Shown here one piece after another: positions 1-9,589 of a stretch of DNA of 32,000 nt. The notes below the pieces were generated by a model. It worked only from the letters and a program-made list of their open reading frames with translations. It did not search any database and was not told where the DNA came from. Source of the DNA: Promethearchaeota archaeon (GTDB lineage: Archaea > Asgardarchaeota > Lokiarchaeia > Sigyniarchaeales > Promethearchaeaceae). Position 1 is the first letter of the stretch; each line of letters opens with the position of its first letter. A program made the translations under genes and the position numbers. Where the stretch lies: the NCBI GenBank assembly GCA_016933055.1, contig JAFGBS010000008.1, positions 90,001 through 122,000 of the forward strand, given 5' to 3'.

Positions 1-1
1 C

Positions 2-1294
2 GCTCATGAAATAGCTGAAAACGAGAATTATACCGATATCTGGCAAGCAGAAGTGGCCACCGATCATTATATTTGGGAGTTAATGAGAAAGCGGGGCGTT
101 TCTGAGACATTCATCACTGGAACTGCGACTAATGAAGAAAAATGGATGAAATTAGCTGAAATCTTTGAGGACTTGGTGGGCAATCCTGTATATGAATGGG
201 TACATCTAGATTTACGTCAACGCTTAGGGATTACTGAACTCATTTCGAAAACTACTGCTCAATCGATTTGGAATCAAGCGATACATATTCTTCAACAAGA
301 AAATAAACGTCCGCAACAAATTCTAAAAGAAATGTCTGTAGAATCCATGTGTACTACTAATGATCCCATTGATCTGTTAGCTGATCATAAAAAATTAATG
401 GATATTTATGGGAAAGGATATATCCGTCCAACATGGAGACCCGATAATGCCATGAATATTTTTAGGCCTACTTGGGTAGAATACGTGGAAAAACTGGGGC
501 AGAGAGTAGAGAAATACCCTCTCACTCTTGATGATTTCATAGAGGCTTTGAGAACTACTCATGATTATTTTGCAGAATTCGGGTGTATAACTAGTGATCA
601 TGGTATGCTAATTCCTCTAGGTTTTGAAGTAAATAAGGAAGATGTTGAAGATATTTATGAACGTCGCATCAATGATGAAGAAACCACGGAAGAAGAGCAC
701 ATGTTATTCATGAGTTACATGTTACATGAATTTGCACAAATGGATGTGGAAAAAGGGTGGGTTATGCAATTACACATTGGAGCAGTTCGTGATGCAAGAG
801 AATCATTATTGACTATTATTGGACCAGATAGTGGAGGGGACATTTCTAATCATACGGTAGAAATTGTAGATTCCTTACTTGACCTTCTTAATTCTTATGA
901 TGAGAAAAATCCTATACTTGATCCAAAATATCGTGGATTAAAAGTGGTATTATATTGCCTTGATCCTTCTCATCAACCAACTTTAGCAACAATTACACGT
1001 GCATTTGGTAAAAACGTGAATTTAGGTGCAGCTTGGTGGTTCAATGACACTCCTATAGGAATGAAAAGACAACTGGAATATATTTCATCGGTGGATTTGT
1101 TAATGAACTATGCAGGGATGGTAACCGATTCCCGTAAATTATTGTCCTATGGGTCCCGAACTGAAATGTTTCGTAGAGTATTAGCGGATGTGTTGGGATC
1201 TATGGTGGAAAAAGGGCAGATCCCCGAAGAGTTGGCAATTAAAACTGCAAAACATGTGTGTTACGACGGTCCAAAGCATTTTTTTGGATTTTAA
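2..1294 (+). CDS. uxaC: Glucuronate (uronate) isomerase, 5'-truncated by window edge
   Basis: Frame is open from base 2 (AHEIAENENYTDIWQAEVATDHY...), so the GTG at 53 is not the true start. UxaC motifs seen: TDHYxWELMR, TTNDP, PTWRPD, MQLHIGAVR, GAAWWFND, GMVTDSRKLLSYGSRTEMFRR. Confidence 0.93.
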   Translation, partial: AHEIAENENYTDIWQAEVATDHYIWELMRKRGVSETFITGTATNEEKWMKLAEIFEDLVGNPVYEWVHLDLRQRLGITELISKTTAQSIWNQAIHILQQENKRPQQILKEMSVESMCTTNDPIDLLADHKKLMDIYGKGYIRPTWRPDNAMNIFRPTWVEYVEKLGQRVEKYPLTLDDFIEALRTTHDYFAEFGCITSDHGMLIPLGFEVNKEDVEDIYERRINDEETTEEEHMLFMSYMLHEFAQMDVEKGWVMQLHIGAVRDARESLLTIIGPDSGGDISNHTVEIVDSLLDLLNSYDEKNPILDPKYRGLKVVLYCLDPSHQPTLATITRAFGKNVNLGAAWWFNDTPIGMKRQLEYISSVDLLMNYAGMVTDSRKLLSYGSRTEMFRRVLADVLGSMVEKGQIPEELAIKTAKHVCYDGPKHFFGF

Positions 1295-1295
1295 A

Positions 1296-4200
1296 CTAAG
1301 TTTGAGCCGATTTACTTCTTCGTTTAATTTGTTGTATATTAGCTAGAACAAGTCGTCTCATATTAGGACTCATAGTCGCACCTGTTACTTCAGCGTCGTA
1401 AACTAGAAAAGGGATCTGATTATCAAGATATATAGGTTTAAGAATTGCTTGTGATATTCGATATGGTAAACAGAACTGTGGTCCAATTAAGATTAAAGAG
1501 TCGAATGCATTTCCGTGGATTGTCTCCATTCCTTTTCCAATTGCAGGGATTGATTCTCCAAAAATTTTGGGACTTATCAAGGATTGCGCATTTGCAAAAA
1601 TCTGTTCGATATTAGTAGGATGCGAATACAATAATCCAGTTCTTTCAAATCTTTTTCGCATAGATCGCTCTACCCATTCCATAAAGCGCAAGGATACTTT
1701 ACTCGCCAGTATTTGGCTTTTTAAATTTGTGGTACCGCTGACCATTTTGCCAAAATACAATCCATACAAAAGAAGTTCAAATAAATCCGTGGATTTTATG
1801 ATCACGCCATGTTGATTGTAGATTTTACTAAGCTCTCTTAGGAAAAAGGGGCTAAATCTCACAAAAAAATCTCCTGAGACCAGAACTTTTGGATATTCCC
1901 TAGGATTTGAGGATCGTGGTATCGTTTTGACTTTTCGAATGAGTTTTCTTATTGCTTTGCGGGACTTCCTCAATTTAGTTGCTGAATCAAGAAATTCTGT
2001 CCAGAATTCGTTCAATAAGATTAATCCTTGCTCATCACCTACTACCCTCAATGCGCTATCAATTTCATGAATAATGTCTCCGAGAACGACATATTTTGGA
2101 GCGGTTCTTAATATTTTAGTTAAGGATCTCCCCATAAAATTATTATATTTATCGAAATTGAAGATAAAGACATCCTCGATTTGATTATCAATGATAAAAC
2201 TTTTGAGATAACTATAATAATTACAGACTACGCAAGGAGAACCACCTCGAAGCATGAAATACCCGATGACTTCTCCAGGTCTTCTATGTTCCGTAAGATA
2301 CTTGATGTGACCAATTACAACGCTTAAGGGATTGCATTCCTTCCCACTACTATGTTTTAGCCCCTCTATTGGGTATTCGGGTATAATATCTGTCGTGAAT
2401 CCTGGATTAAATCCCCAATTTGCAAACATTTTTTCAATTAAATCGGTATGATATTTTGAAAAAGAGGGTGCATAAATCTTTACTCGTGAATCGCTGATTG
2501 GAATTTTTTCTCCTGTACTACTGATCACATGAGGGCTTTTGTTCTCCAATTCTAATTTCGCAATCTGAAACTCCTTTTCTTTATGCGGTTTTTTCATTTT
2601 GCGATAATTTTTAATTATTTCTATAAATGCTTCTAATCGGGTTTGAGTACCCGCATCAGCCTGATGGGCGTCCAATTCTAAAAAAAGATAAGGTTTTGAT
2701 TTTAATTCCGTTCTAACATAATTTTGGATGAAAGAATCAATAGTACAGCTAAAACTATTAATATATAAAATAAATAAATTATCATTATTTCGCACCATCT
2801 CCACTGCATGCTTGATACAATTCGCAAAATACCAAGGAAATGAAGTTGTATTAGCATCAATTTCTGAATAACCGAAATCATATTCCAGGAAGTCAAATGG
2901 TATTACATTAATTCCCATACTTACAAGTTTTTTCGGAATAGATTGAGAGGTCTCAGCTGGAAAGGCATTATAACTTCTCCCGACAAGCAGGATCCCAATA
3001 TCATCAGTTTTCGAAATACTGTCCAAGCTCTCTCTCCCTTTTAATAGAAATTTGTTTTCTACCTCTAATTGTGCTGCCACTGCTCCCTTATAAGCCCTCG
3101 TACATATTTCTATCGGGATTTTGAGTTCCTCAGTTGCAAATTGAATCAATTCAGTTCGATTTTCATATCCATCTGAGAAATCTAAGACTGGTTTGTAAAT
3201 ATTAGCAGAATTAAAAGCTTGAGAAATAATATAGGGACTTGCTTGAGTAATCGGACAAAAAGTAGAGTCTTCCCACCCCTCTTTCTGGGTCATGGTATGA
3301 ATGTGCGGTAAAAATATGTTCTTTATCCCCTTTTTAACTAAATCTAACACGGCTCCATGAAGAATTTGCATAGGATAACATAACGGAGCATTTGTGACTT
3401 TTTCCATTTCTTCATCGATCCCCGATAAAACAACTTCGAAACCTAATTCCGTAAAAAATCTGGAAAATAATGGATACAGACTATGAGTTAATAGTGCCCG
3501 AGGGATACCCAACTTTCCTTTCGAATATGAAATTATCACAGATGAATAGGGTTTTTGGAACACAAGATTATTGCGAAATGCTACTAAGTCTTCTTTTTCT
3601 TGAATTTTTTTGGATTGTTTCCACATGTGCTCATAACGGGAGCATTTTCCCCCAAAGGGAAATTTTCTTCCCCCTACTTCATATTGTTCAATTGTACATA
3701 AGTTCGTACAAGATCTACATGTGAATCTGCCTACATGTCTCATAGGTTCACGCACTAGGGAAGATAACGTAACGTTCTCAGGTATAAGGTCAATCTCCTG
3801 CAATAAATGCTTTTCTTTAGCGATAAGTGCAATTCCAAAGGCTCCAATCAGTTCAGGATTGGAAGGAATAATAATTTGTCTACCTGTGATTTGGGCAAAT
3901 GCATAACCTACGGCAGAGTTTTTTGCAACTCCGCCTTGAAAAAATATTTTTTTCTTCCCAATTGGACGGGATCCCTTGACTTTATTTAGGTAATTATTTG
4001 CGATGGAATACACTAACCCTGCAATTATGTTCTCCCGTCCATATCCTTCTTGTAGGGCAGTTCTGATATCGGTATTGATAAATGCTGCGCAATCTGCTTT
4101 AAAACTGACTGGTTCTTGTGCTTTCATCGCTTCCTCTGCGATTTCATAAACATTTACGCCCAAATCACATTTAGCGCTTTCTTCAAGAAAACTGCCTGTA

Positions 4201-5465
4201 CCAGCCGAACAGCTTGCATTCATGGCGTAATCTACTGGTACTCCGTTTTCTAGATACATATATTTGCTATCTTGACCCCCGATTTCGAAAATAGTTTCTA
4301 CATCAGCATCATAATAGGCAGCTCCTGCTGAATGGGCCGAAATTTCATTATATACAGCTGGTGTACCTAAATATGCACCAACAATCGCTCGACCTGAACC
4401 TGTAACTCCTATTAATTGGAGATTATGGTCTCCCACTTGATCCAAGATGTTTTGGATGGACTCTTTGGTAGCTTTAACGGGATTACCATTAGTTCGCCCA
4501 TAATGTGAAGCGATTATTGCATTCTCATCAGCGTCCATTAACACTGCTTTAGTGGTTGTTGATCCTACATCAATTCCTAGGATATATCTTTTATCAAGGG
4601 TTTTGTGAATTGATGGTTCAGTCGTTATTATAGTGACCAGATCGCGATAATTTCCCAAACTGGGCAACGTAGTGAAAGATTTACTTATATTGAGTTTCGG
4701 AACAGTAAATTGGGGTGAATCTTTAACAAGAAGGGCCGCTCCAAGTGCCTCATATACTGCACTTTCGGGTTTAATGATTATTTCCACTTCTTTTAAGCAT
4801 TCTTTAAGAATTGATACAAATGCATCATTTAATGATAATCCTCCAATTAATAGAACTCTTTTTGGTTCAATGCGGGATTGCCATATCAATCCCATTACTT
4901 TATTCACCATGCTTAATAGAATGGAATATAAAATATCCTCAAGTTTTTCTTCTCCACGATTTAACTTGTGGGTGATATCAGATTTGCAATGAACTGAACA
5001 TCGTGATGCTAATTCGATTTTTTTTCCCTTCTGGGCTAAAATTATCGCTTCATCTAAAGATAATGCTAAACGTTCAATTTGTTGAAGGAAGAACTCTCCC
5101 GAACCCGCTGCACATTTGTCATGGGATAAAGAATTCACGATATGGTGCTGTTCGTTTAAAACATATAATACAAATGCCTCCCCTCCGAGAGATAAAACCA
5201 AATCAAATGGCTTGTTTTCTTCTGAAATGGCACGCTCAATACTTTCTATCTCTGATATATCTCCAAATGAACCGCATACTCCATAATAGTTTTTTTGTGA
5301 GTTTTCTGGATAGGCTTGGCTTAAAATAGTAGTTAGAATTTCTTGGGGCTTTCCTTGATGAGGCTTTTTAGTGAGTCTCACATTATTTTGGCTATCTATA
5401 CTAACTACATTGACCGAAACAGAACCAATATTTACTCCGATATATTGATTGGTAATACAATCCAC
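1296..5465 (-). CDS. Fused CoA-substrate-specific activase (2 x BcrAD/BadFG ASKHA ATPase) with DUF2229 / 2-hydroxyacyl-CoA dehydratase-like domains
   Basis: Two ASKHA domains: GVNIGSVS / GGE / KCAAGSG / RCSVHC and GIDVGSTTTK / GVTGSGR / EIGGQDSK / MNASCSAGTG / CAAF / FQGGVAKN. These are followed by CRSCTNLC, LGIPRAL, CYP, FCP, GRSYN, FSCTID, LELDAH, ECNP and GPQFCLP. The exact start (GTG) is uncertain. Confidence 0.85.
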   Translation of the reverse strand: MDCITNQYIGVNIGSVSVNVVSIDSQNNVRLTKKPHQGKPQEILTTILSQAYPENSQKNYYGVCGSFGDISEIESIERAISEENKPFDLVLSLGGEAFVLYVLNEQHHIVNSLSHDKCAAGSGEFFLQQIERLALSLDEAIILAQKGKKIELASRCSVHCKSDITHKLNRGEEKLEDILYSILLSMVNKVMGLIWQSRIEPKRVLLIGGLSLNDAFVSILKECLKEVEIIIKPESAVYEALGAALLVKDSPQFTVPKLNISKSFTTLPSLGNYRDLVTIITTEPSIHKTLDKRYILGIDVGSTTTKAVLMDADENAIIASHYGRTNGNPVKATKESIQNILDQVGDHNLQLIGVTGSGRAIVGAYLGTPAVYNEISAHSAGAAYYDADVETIFEIGGQDSKYMYLENGVPVDYAMNASCSAGTGSFLEESAKCDLGVNVYEIAEEAMKAQEPVSFKADCAAFINTDIRTALQEGYGRENIIAGLVYSIANNYLNKVKGSRPIGKKKIFFQGGVAKNSAVGYAFAQITGRQIIIPSNPELIGAFGIALIAKEKHLLQEIDLIPENVTLSSLVREPMRHVGRFTCRSCTNLCTIEQYEVGGRKFPFGGKCSRYEHMWKQSKKIQEKEDLVAFRNNLVFQKPYSSVIISYSKGKLGIPRALLTHSLYPLFSRFFTELGFEVVLSGIDEEMEKVTNAPLCYPMQILHGAVLDLVKKGIKNIFLPHIHTMTQKEGWEDSTFCPITQASPYIISQAFNSANIYKPVLDFSDGYENRTELIQFATEELKIPIEICTRAYKGAVAAQLEVENKFLLKGRESLDSISKTDDIGILLVGRSYNAFPAETSQSIPKKLVSMGINVIPFDFLEYDFGYSEIDANTTSFPWYFANCIKHAVEMVRNNDNLFILYINSFSCTIDSFIQNYVRTELKSKPYLFLELDAHQADAGTQTRLEAFIEIIKNYRKMKKPHKEKEFQIAKLELENKSPHVISSTGEKIPISDSRVKIYAPSFSKYHTDLIEKMFANWGFNPGFTTDIIPEYPIEGLKHSSGKECNPLSVVIGHIKYLTEHRRPGEVIGYFMLRGGSPCVVCNYYSYLKSFIIDNQIEDVFIFNFDKYNNFMGRSLTKILRTAPKYVVLGDIIHEIDSALRVVGDEQGLILLNEFWTEFLDSATKLRKSRKAIRKLIRKVKTIPRSSNPREYPKVLVSGDFFVRFSPFFLRELSKIYNQHGVIIKSTDLFELLLYGLYFGKMVSGTTNLKSQILASKVSLRFMEWVERSMRKRFERTGLLYSHPTNIEQIFANAQSLISPKIFGESIPAIGKGMETIHGNAFDSLILIGPQFCLPYRISQAILKPIYLDNQIPFLVYDAEVTGATMSPNMRRLVLANIQQIKRRSKSAQT

Positions 5466-5660
5466 CTATAAAATTATCTTTACTTAGAAAAGAACCTAAT
5501 AGAACAATTAAACCTTTGTAACAAATCTGGGAGTAGATCGTCTATCAAATATAGGCTAAATTTTTCGAAGCTAACTAAATCTTCTATTTTATTGTTAAAC
5601 ATACATTGTAGGTCTAACAAAACCTAAACTTCTACAGTCGTCTGTGAATTAAATAGGAAT

Positions 5661-5668
5661 AAAAAAAA
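5661..5668 (-). terminator. Putative archaeal oligo-T terminator for the 5692-7149 gene
   Basis: T8 run on the minus strand about 23 nt after the stop codon. Confidence 0.4.
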
Positions 5669-5691
5669 GACAATATAGATTTTTGGTAATT

Positions 5692-7149
5692 TTAAAGTAA
5701 CATTGTTATTGCTGTGTAGAGAACGCAGTAAATTAAAAATACTACAAAGAATAAAATCACCATTCCTGCACCATAATATTTTTTCGGGGGGTCACTTATG
5801 GATTCTACATTCGTAATTGCATCGGAAATCCTCGCTCGTTCGTGTCCTTGTTTTCCGCTCATCAATTTTACCGTTATCCATTCAAATGAACCAATAAAAT
5901 CAATTTTTTGCCATAACCACAAAACTAAGGTCCAAAAAGCGAGAATATATATTAGCTCACCAATTACTCCGTATCCACCTAAGCCTTCATTGAAAAAGGG
6001 CCCATCTCTGGTGAGAACAAATGTAGCCCAGTTAAATCCATAATTGATGGCATTCAAAATCAATTGGAGAAGCATAATTGGAAAAACCATGACCCATTGG
6101 AGCATCCAAAGACTTAATGACATAATTCCAAAGCGTTGAAAGTAGAAGAATTTAACCTGCTTCCGCCCTCTACGTACATCTAGAAGGTAGAGAAATATTA
6201 ATATTGCCAATATCGAACCCCCTGAAGTCATGAGGTAAATACCTGCTTCTACTTCGATAAATACAGAATCTAATGTGGATTCTAAGGTGGATTCAAGGAA
6301 GTAGAAGGCAGCTCCTACCACAAATAGAAACATGCTGACCATAAAAAACCAATTTAGATGACGTTTTTCTACTTGTTCCTTACTTATCAGAAAACCGATA
6401 ATCACCCCAACAAACATAATAGAAATATCGGGGAAGAATGGAAAATCATCCTTGATAAATGGAGCTAGAATTATACGCAAAATATTCGTCCCTATATCTG
6501 TAGTTTGCCAGAGATCTTGGGGTTTATTGGGAAAACCCAACGTGGGATATAACCATTGAAGTAGAGGAGTTACAACAAAAAGAGTACATACGCTTATGGT
6601 GATGAACGTCACAATCATGCGTTTTCTCGACCAATCGGCTCGTTTCATCAACAGATAAATTAAAGAAGTAACAATAAGCCCCACTCCAATTAGCCATAGG
6701 ATATGTGATCTAAAAAGCATTTGAACGGATTCATCAATAATGTTAGGTTCCCGCAATATGGTATAAAGTAGCATATGATTAAGCAGAACTTCTGCAACAT
6801 AACCAAGAACGGCGATGAATAATCCTCGAATCAATTGTGTTTTAATTAAGGTCCAAAAAGCATGTTTTTTACCCTCTCGAGGATCTCCTTCCCACTTGGT
6901 GATGATTCGGTTCCATTTTTTATCTATGGATATGGTATTCACAATTGCGGACAAACAAACGAATAAAACATCGAATTCTCCTATGAATACCAAAGGAACC
7001 AGTAAAATATAGAAAATAATACCTGGGTCTCCGGCCATTACTGCATTATAATCATAAGACTGATTCATCACATGAAAAGAAAAAACACCAATTATTGCAA
7101 GACCGCGTAACACATCCAGTGAAAGGTATCGTTTTAATTTCTGAGACAT
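5692..7149 (-). CDS. Polytopic membrane acyltransferase-like protein (DUF1624/DUF418, HGSNAT-like), paralog 1
   Basis: N-terminal RYLSLDVLRGLAIIGVFSFH, then LIRG, FPFFP, RFGIMSLSLWMLQ and GSFEW motifs. Roughly 11-12 hydrophobic segments. Confidence 0.75.
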   Translation of the reverse strand: MSQKLKRYLSLDVLRGLAIIGVFSFHVMNQSYDYNAVMAGDPGIIFYILLVPLVFIGEFDVLFVCLSAIVNTISIDKKWNRIITKWEGDPREGKKHAFWTLIKTQLIRGLFIAVLGYVAEVLLNHMLLYTILREPNIIDESVQMLFRSHILWLIGVGLIVTSLIYLLMKRADWSRKRMIVTFITISVCTLFVVTPLLQWLYPTLGFPNKPQDLWQTTDIGTNILRIILAPFIKDDFPFFPDISIMFVGVIIGFLISKEQVEKRHLNWFFMVSMFLFVVGAAFYFLESTLESTLDSVFIEVEAGIYLMTSGGSILAILIFLYLLDVRRGRKQVKFFYFQRFGIMSLSLWMLQWVMVFPIMLLQLILNAINYGFNWATFVLTRDGPFFNEGLGGYGVIGELIYILAFWTLVLWLWQKIDFIGSFEWITVKLMSGKQGHERARISDAITNVESISDPPKKYYGAGMVILFFVVFLIYCVLYTAITMLL

Positions 7150-7171
7150 GCATTGGGATTGGTTGAGTGAC

Positions 7172-7177
7172 TATAAA
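7172..7177 (-). promoter_or_regulatory. Archaeal TATA box (TTTATA), probably leaderless transcript
   Basis: TTTATA on the minus strand, 22 nt upstream of the ATG at 7149. Confidence 0.55.
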
Positions 7178-7242
7178 AAAATTATGTTTGAAATTCTTTC
7201 GGAGACATAAACTTATTTACTTATATACTGAAAAATCAGATA

Positions 7243-8673
7243 ATGAAAAGATATATCTCTATTGATATATTGAAAGGCTTCTGTATGTTTCTGGTCATTT
7301 TTTTCCACGTACTTACGCGTAGCCTTGATATGAACATCATAGAGGATACATTAAGTGAATTCACTCCGATTTATTTGCCTTTATATTGTGTTATTGTGAT
7401 TTTAGGATATATCTCGCAATTTGATTTGGTGTTTATTTGCATCAGTGGGTTTGGGAATATTTTTTCAGTTCAACGTCAATGGGAACGTCTTATAACGCAA
7501 AAATCCTCCCTTAACGATAGGAAGGAAGGGTTTAGAGCCATTATGAGAACCCAACTCATCCGGGGGGGGTTCATCGCCATACTTGGATATGTATCTGAAT
7601 GGTTTTTCAATGGTATGATTGTTGATTTAATATCCCAAAATCCAAACTGGGTTACCAGTTCAATTAGCGCTTTCTTCTTCGCTCAAATATTGACCGTGAT
7701 GGGTTTAAGTAACATTTTCCTAAGTTTTGTCTATTTGATGCTATTACGAAACAGAAAGGAAAAATCAATTCAGATGGTATTACTCGGGTTATTTATTGGT
7801 TTTTTGGTCGTCACTCCAGGTATAATTGAATTGATAAAATTAAATCCAGTATTATGGAATAGTTTGGAGATTGGATGGGAACATAGAACGGTAGGGATGA
7901 ATATTTTATTATTTTTTCTCAATCCATTTATTCGTAGACATACACCCATCTTTCCTAACTTTAGCGCATCAGCATTAGGGGCAATAATGGCATATAAATT
8001 CTCTCAAGAAGGAGTTAAAAAGAAATTTATTAATTGGATGGTGCTAATTTCGATTGTTTTACAACTCGTCGGCTTAGGTTTCGCATATTTTGAATACCAA
8101 GGATATCAACGCATTCGGGATTATAATCTCGGCTCATTTTTATTTGCATATTCAGGAACCATTCTATTCATTTTGTTTTTTCTCTATTTTTTTGAGGTGC
8201 ATGGGTCGAAAAAAGTAATAGCTTATTCAAAATTCTGGAGAAGGCTGGGAATTTTCACATTAACATTATGGTGTACGCAATGGTTGATCATATTCCCTGC
8301 ATGGTTGATTCAAATCATCATTAACTGGATTTCAGGGACATGGACGGATTTTGTGAACAGTCCTCTTATTAATAATGGACTCACGATGTGGCAGTTTCTA
8401 ATCGCTCTTGTTTTCATCATCGGTTTTTATCATGGAATTCTCCTATTGTGGGAAAAAATCCAGTATATCGGTACTTTTGAATGGCTGACTGTGAAATTAA
8501 TCTCAAGTACTTATGGGAATGCAAAGAATAGGTTGGATATGGTGCAATCATTATACAATGTCGAGTCGTTTATCCCCGAACGCATTAAGTATTACAAATC
8601 GTGGCAATTAACAATAGGAATTCTCCTTTTTTGCCTATTTGCGGTGATTCATGCAATGTTTTACCTAATTTAG
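7243..8673 (+). CDS. Polytopic membrane acyltransferase-like protein (DUF1624/DUF418, HGSNAT-like), paralog 2
   Basis: RYISIDILKGFCMFLVIFFH, QLIRGG, PIFPN, RRLGIFTLTLWCTQ and GTFEW align motif by motif with the divergently transcribed 5692-7149 protein. Confidence 0.75.
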   Translation: MKRYISIDILKGFCMFLVIFFHVLTRSLDMNIIEDTLSEFTPIYLPLYCVIVILGYISQFDLVFICISGFGNIFSVQRQWERLITQKSSLNDRKEGFRAIMRTQLIRGGFIAILGYVSEWFFNGMIVDLISQNPNWVTSSISAFFFAQILTVMGLSNIFLSFVYLMLLRNRKEKSIQMVLLGLFIGFLVVTPGIIELIKLNPVLWNSLEIGWEHRTVGMNILLFFLNPFIRRHTPIFPNFSASALGAIMAYKFSQEGVKKKFINWMVLISIVLQLVGLGFAYFEYQGYQRIRDYNLGSFLFAYSGTILFILFFLYFFEVHGSKKVIAYSKFWRRLGIFTLTLWCTQWLIIFPAWLIQIIINWISGTWTDFVNSPLINNGLTMWQFLIALVFIIGFYHGILLLWEKIQYIGTFEWLTVKLISSTYGNAKNRLDMVQSLYNVESFIPERIKYYKSWQLTIGILLFCLFAVIHAMFYLI

Positions 8674-8854
8674 ACTCCTTGGGATTAGTACAATAATCAT
8701 CTTGATATGATTTATTAAACTATCTATCTATTCTTATAATCTTACAATTCAATCTAATGATTCAGCATTTTATTTTATACCGAATACCCTTCAGAATTGA
8801 CAATTTTGACAAGTGAATTCTATCTAATCATTAAGATTTAAGTAGATAATTCAA

Positions 8855-8860
8855 TTTATA
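8855..8860 (+). promoter_or_regulatory. Archaeal TATA box (TTTATA) upstream of the four-TM gene cluster
   Basis: TTTATA 56 nt upstream of ATG 8917. A GAGGA SD-like element at 8904-8908 suggests a short leader. Confidence 0.45.
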
Positions 8861-8867
8861 TGATAAT

Positions 8868-8888
8868 AATGATTTTCACAAAATCATT
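8868..8888. promoter_or_regulatory. Perfect 9-3-9 palindrome AATGATTTT-CAC-AAAATCATT, candidate operator
   Basis: Read directly from the sequence. It lies just downstream of the TATA box and over the expected transcription start. Confidence 0.5.
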
Positions 8889-8916
8889 GTAAAAAATCAA
8901 ATTGAGGATATTCAAA

Positions 8917-9414
8917 ATGGCAAAAGGTGGTAAAATCCTAGCTTTGCTGGGTGGAATACTTGTATTTATAGGAACTTTTGGTTTATCGTTATTTACATCT
9001 GGTTCTTCTTATTTTTACGGAATTGGATTAATCTATCCATTCGGAAATTTCATAGGGCTTTTCGCAGGCAATTGGATCAACATTTTAATTGGTATAGGAG
9101 TTGTCTTGTATCTTCTTGCTTTTGTACTTATTTTAATTGGAATAAAAGTTCGATTGCTCGCTTTAATTGGATCAATTTTTCCGTTAGCCATGGCAACTTT
9201 TGTGCTATTAGGCGCATTCAATCTCTGGACAGGGGCTTATTTCTATATTGGGAACATTATTGGAGGAGGTGGAATGCCTGCTTTAGTGACGCAATGGATT
9301 CCATTATCGTTCTCCCAAGTTGTCTTTAATGGAATTGATCTGGGTACTTGGGTTATTCTTTTGGGTGCAGTATTAGCGTTAATCAGTAGTTTTATCACTC
9401 GAGAAGATTATTAA
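8917..9414 (+). CDS. Unknown four-TM membrane protein, tandem paralog A (about 165 aa)
   Basis: ATG 8917 follows GAGGA. Four hydrophobic segments. GKILALLGG...GTF start and LGTW...ISSFITRE end are shared with the next two genes. Confidence 0.8.
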   Translation: MAKGGKILALLGGILVFIGTFGLSLFTSGSSYFYGIGLIYPFGNFIGLFAGNWINILIGIGVVLYLLAFVLILIGIKVRLLALIGSIFPLAMATFVLLGAFNLWTGAYFYIGNIIGGGGMPALVTQWIPLSFSQVVFNGIDLGTWVILLGAVLALISSFITREDY

Positions 9415-9425
9415 AATCACATCAA

Positions 9426-9434
9426 TTTTTTTTT
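9426..9434 (+). terminator. Putative oligo-T terminator
   Basis: T9 run 11 nt after the stop at 9414. Confidence 0.45.
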
Positions 9435-9589
9435 CACTTTGTTGGAATTCATAAGGTCCGATTTTAGGTCATATACCGTTATATAGCTTGTTTCTAGGGT
9501 TCCAACTTATTGTTTAGGTATTGTTATTAAACAAGGATTTAAATTTCTACATAATCTTATTAATTGTATCTTTTAAAGAGGTAAAAAAA

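Noticed and set aside
5466-5691. 226-bp intergenic region with repeated ACCTA/TAGGT words and short palindromes
   Set aside because: The spacing is irregular and the words are short and AT-rich. There is no repeat-spacer periodicity, so it is not a CRISPR array or a clear iteron set.
6273-6300. Imperfect 12-bp tandem repeat encoding LEST-LEST-LDS
   Set aside because: Only two to three degenerate units in a loop. This looks like a local duplication with no sign of a repeat system.
9441-9506. GTTGGAA...TTCCAAC inverted repeat with several TAGGT-like words between paralogs A and B
   Set aside because: The arms are only 7 bp and I could not pair the interior. The evidence is too weak for an ncRNA or MITE.
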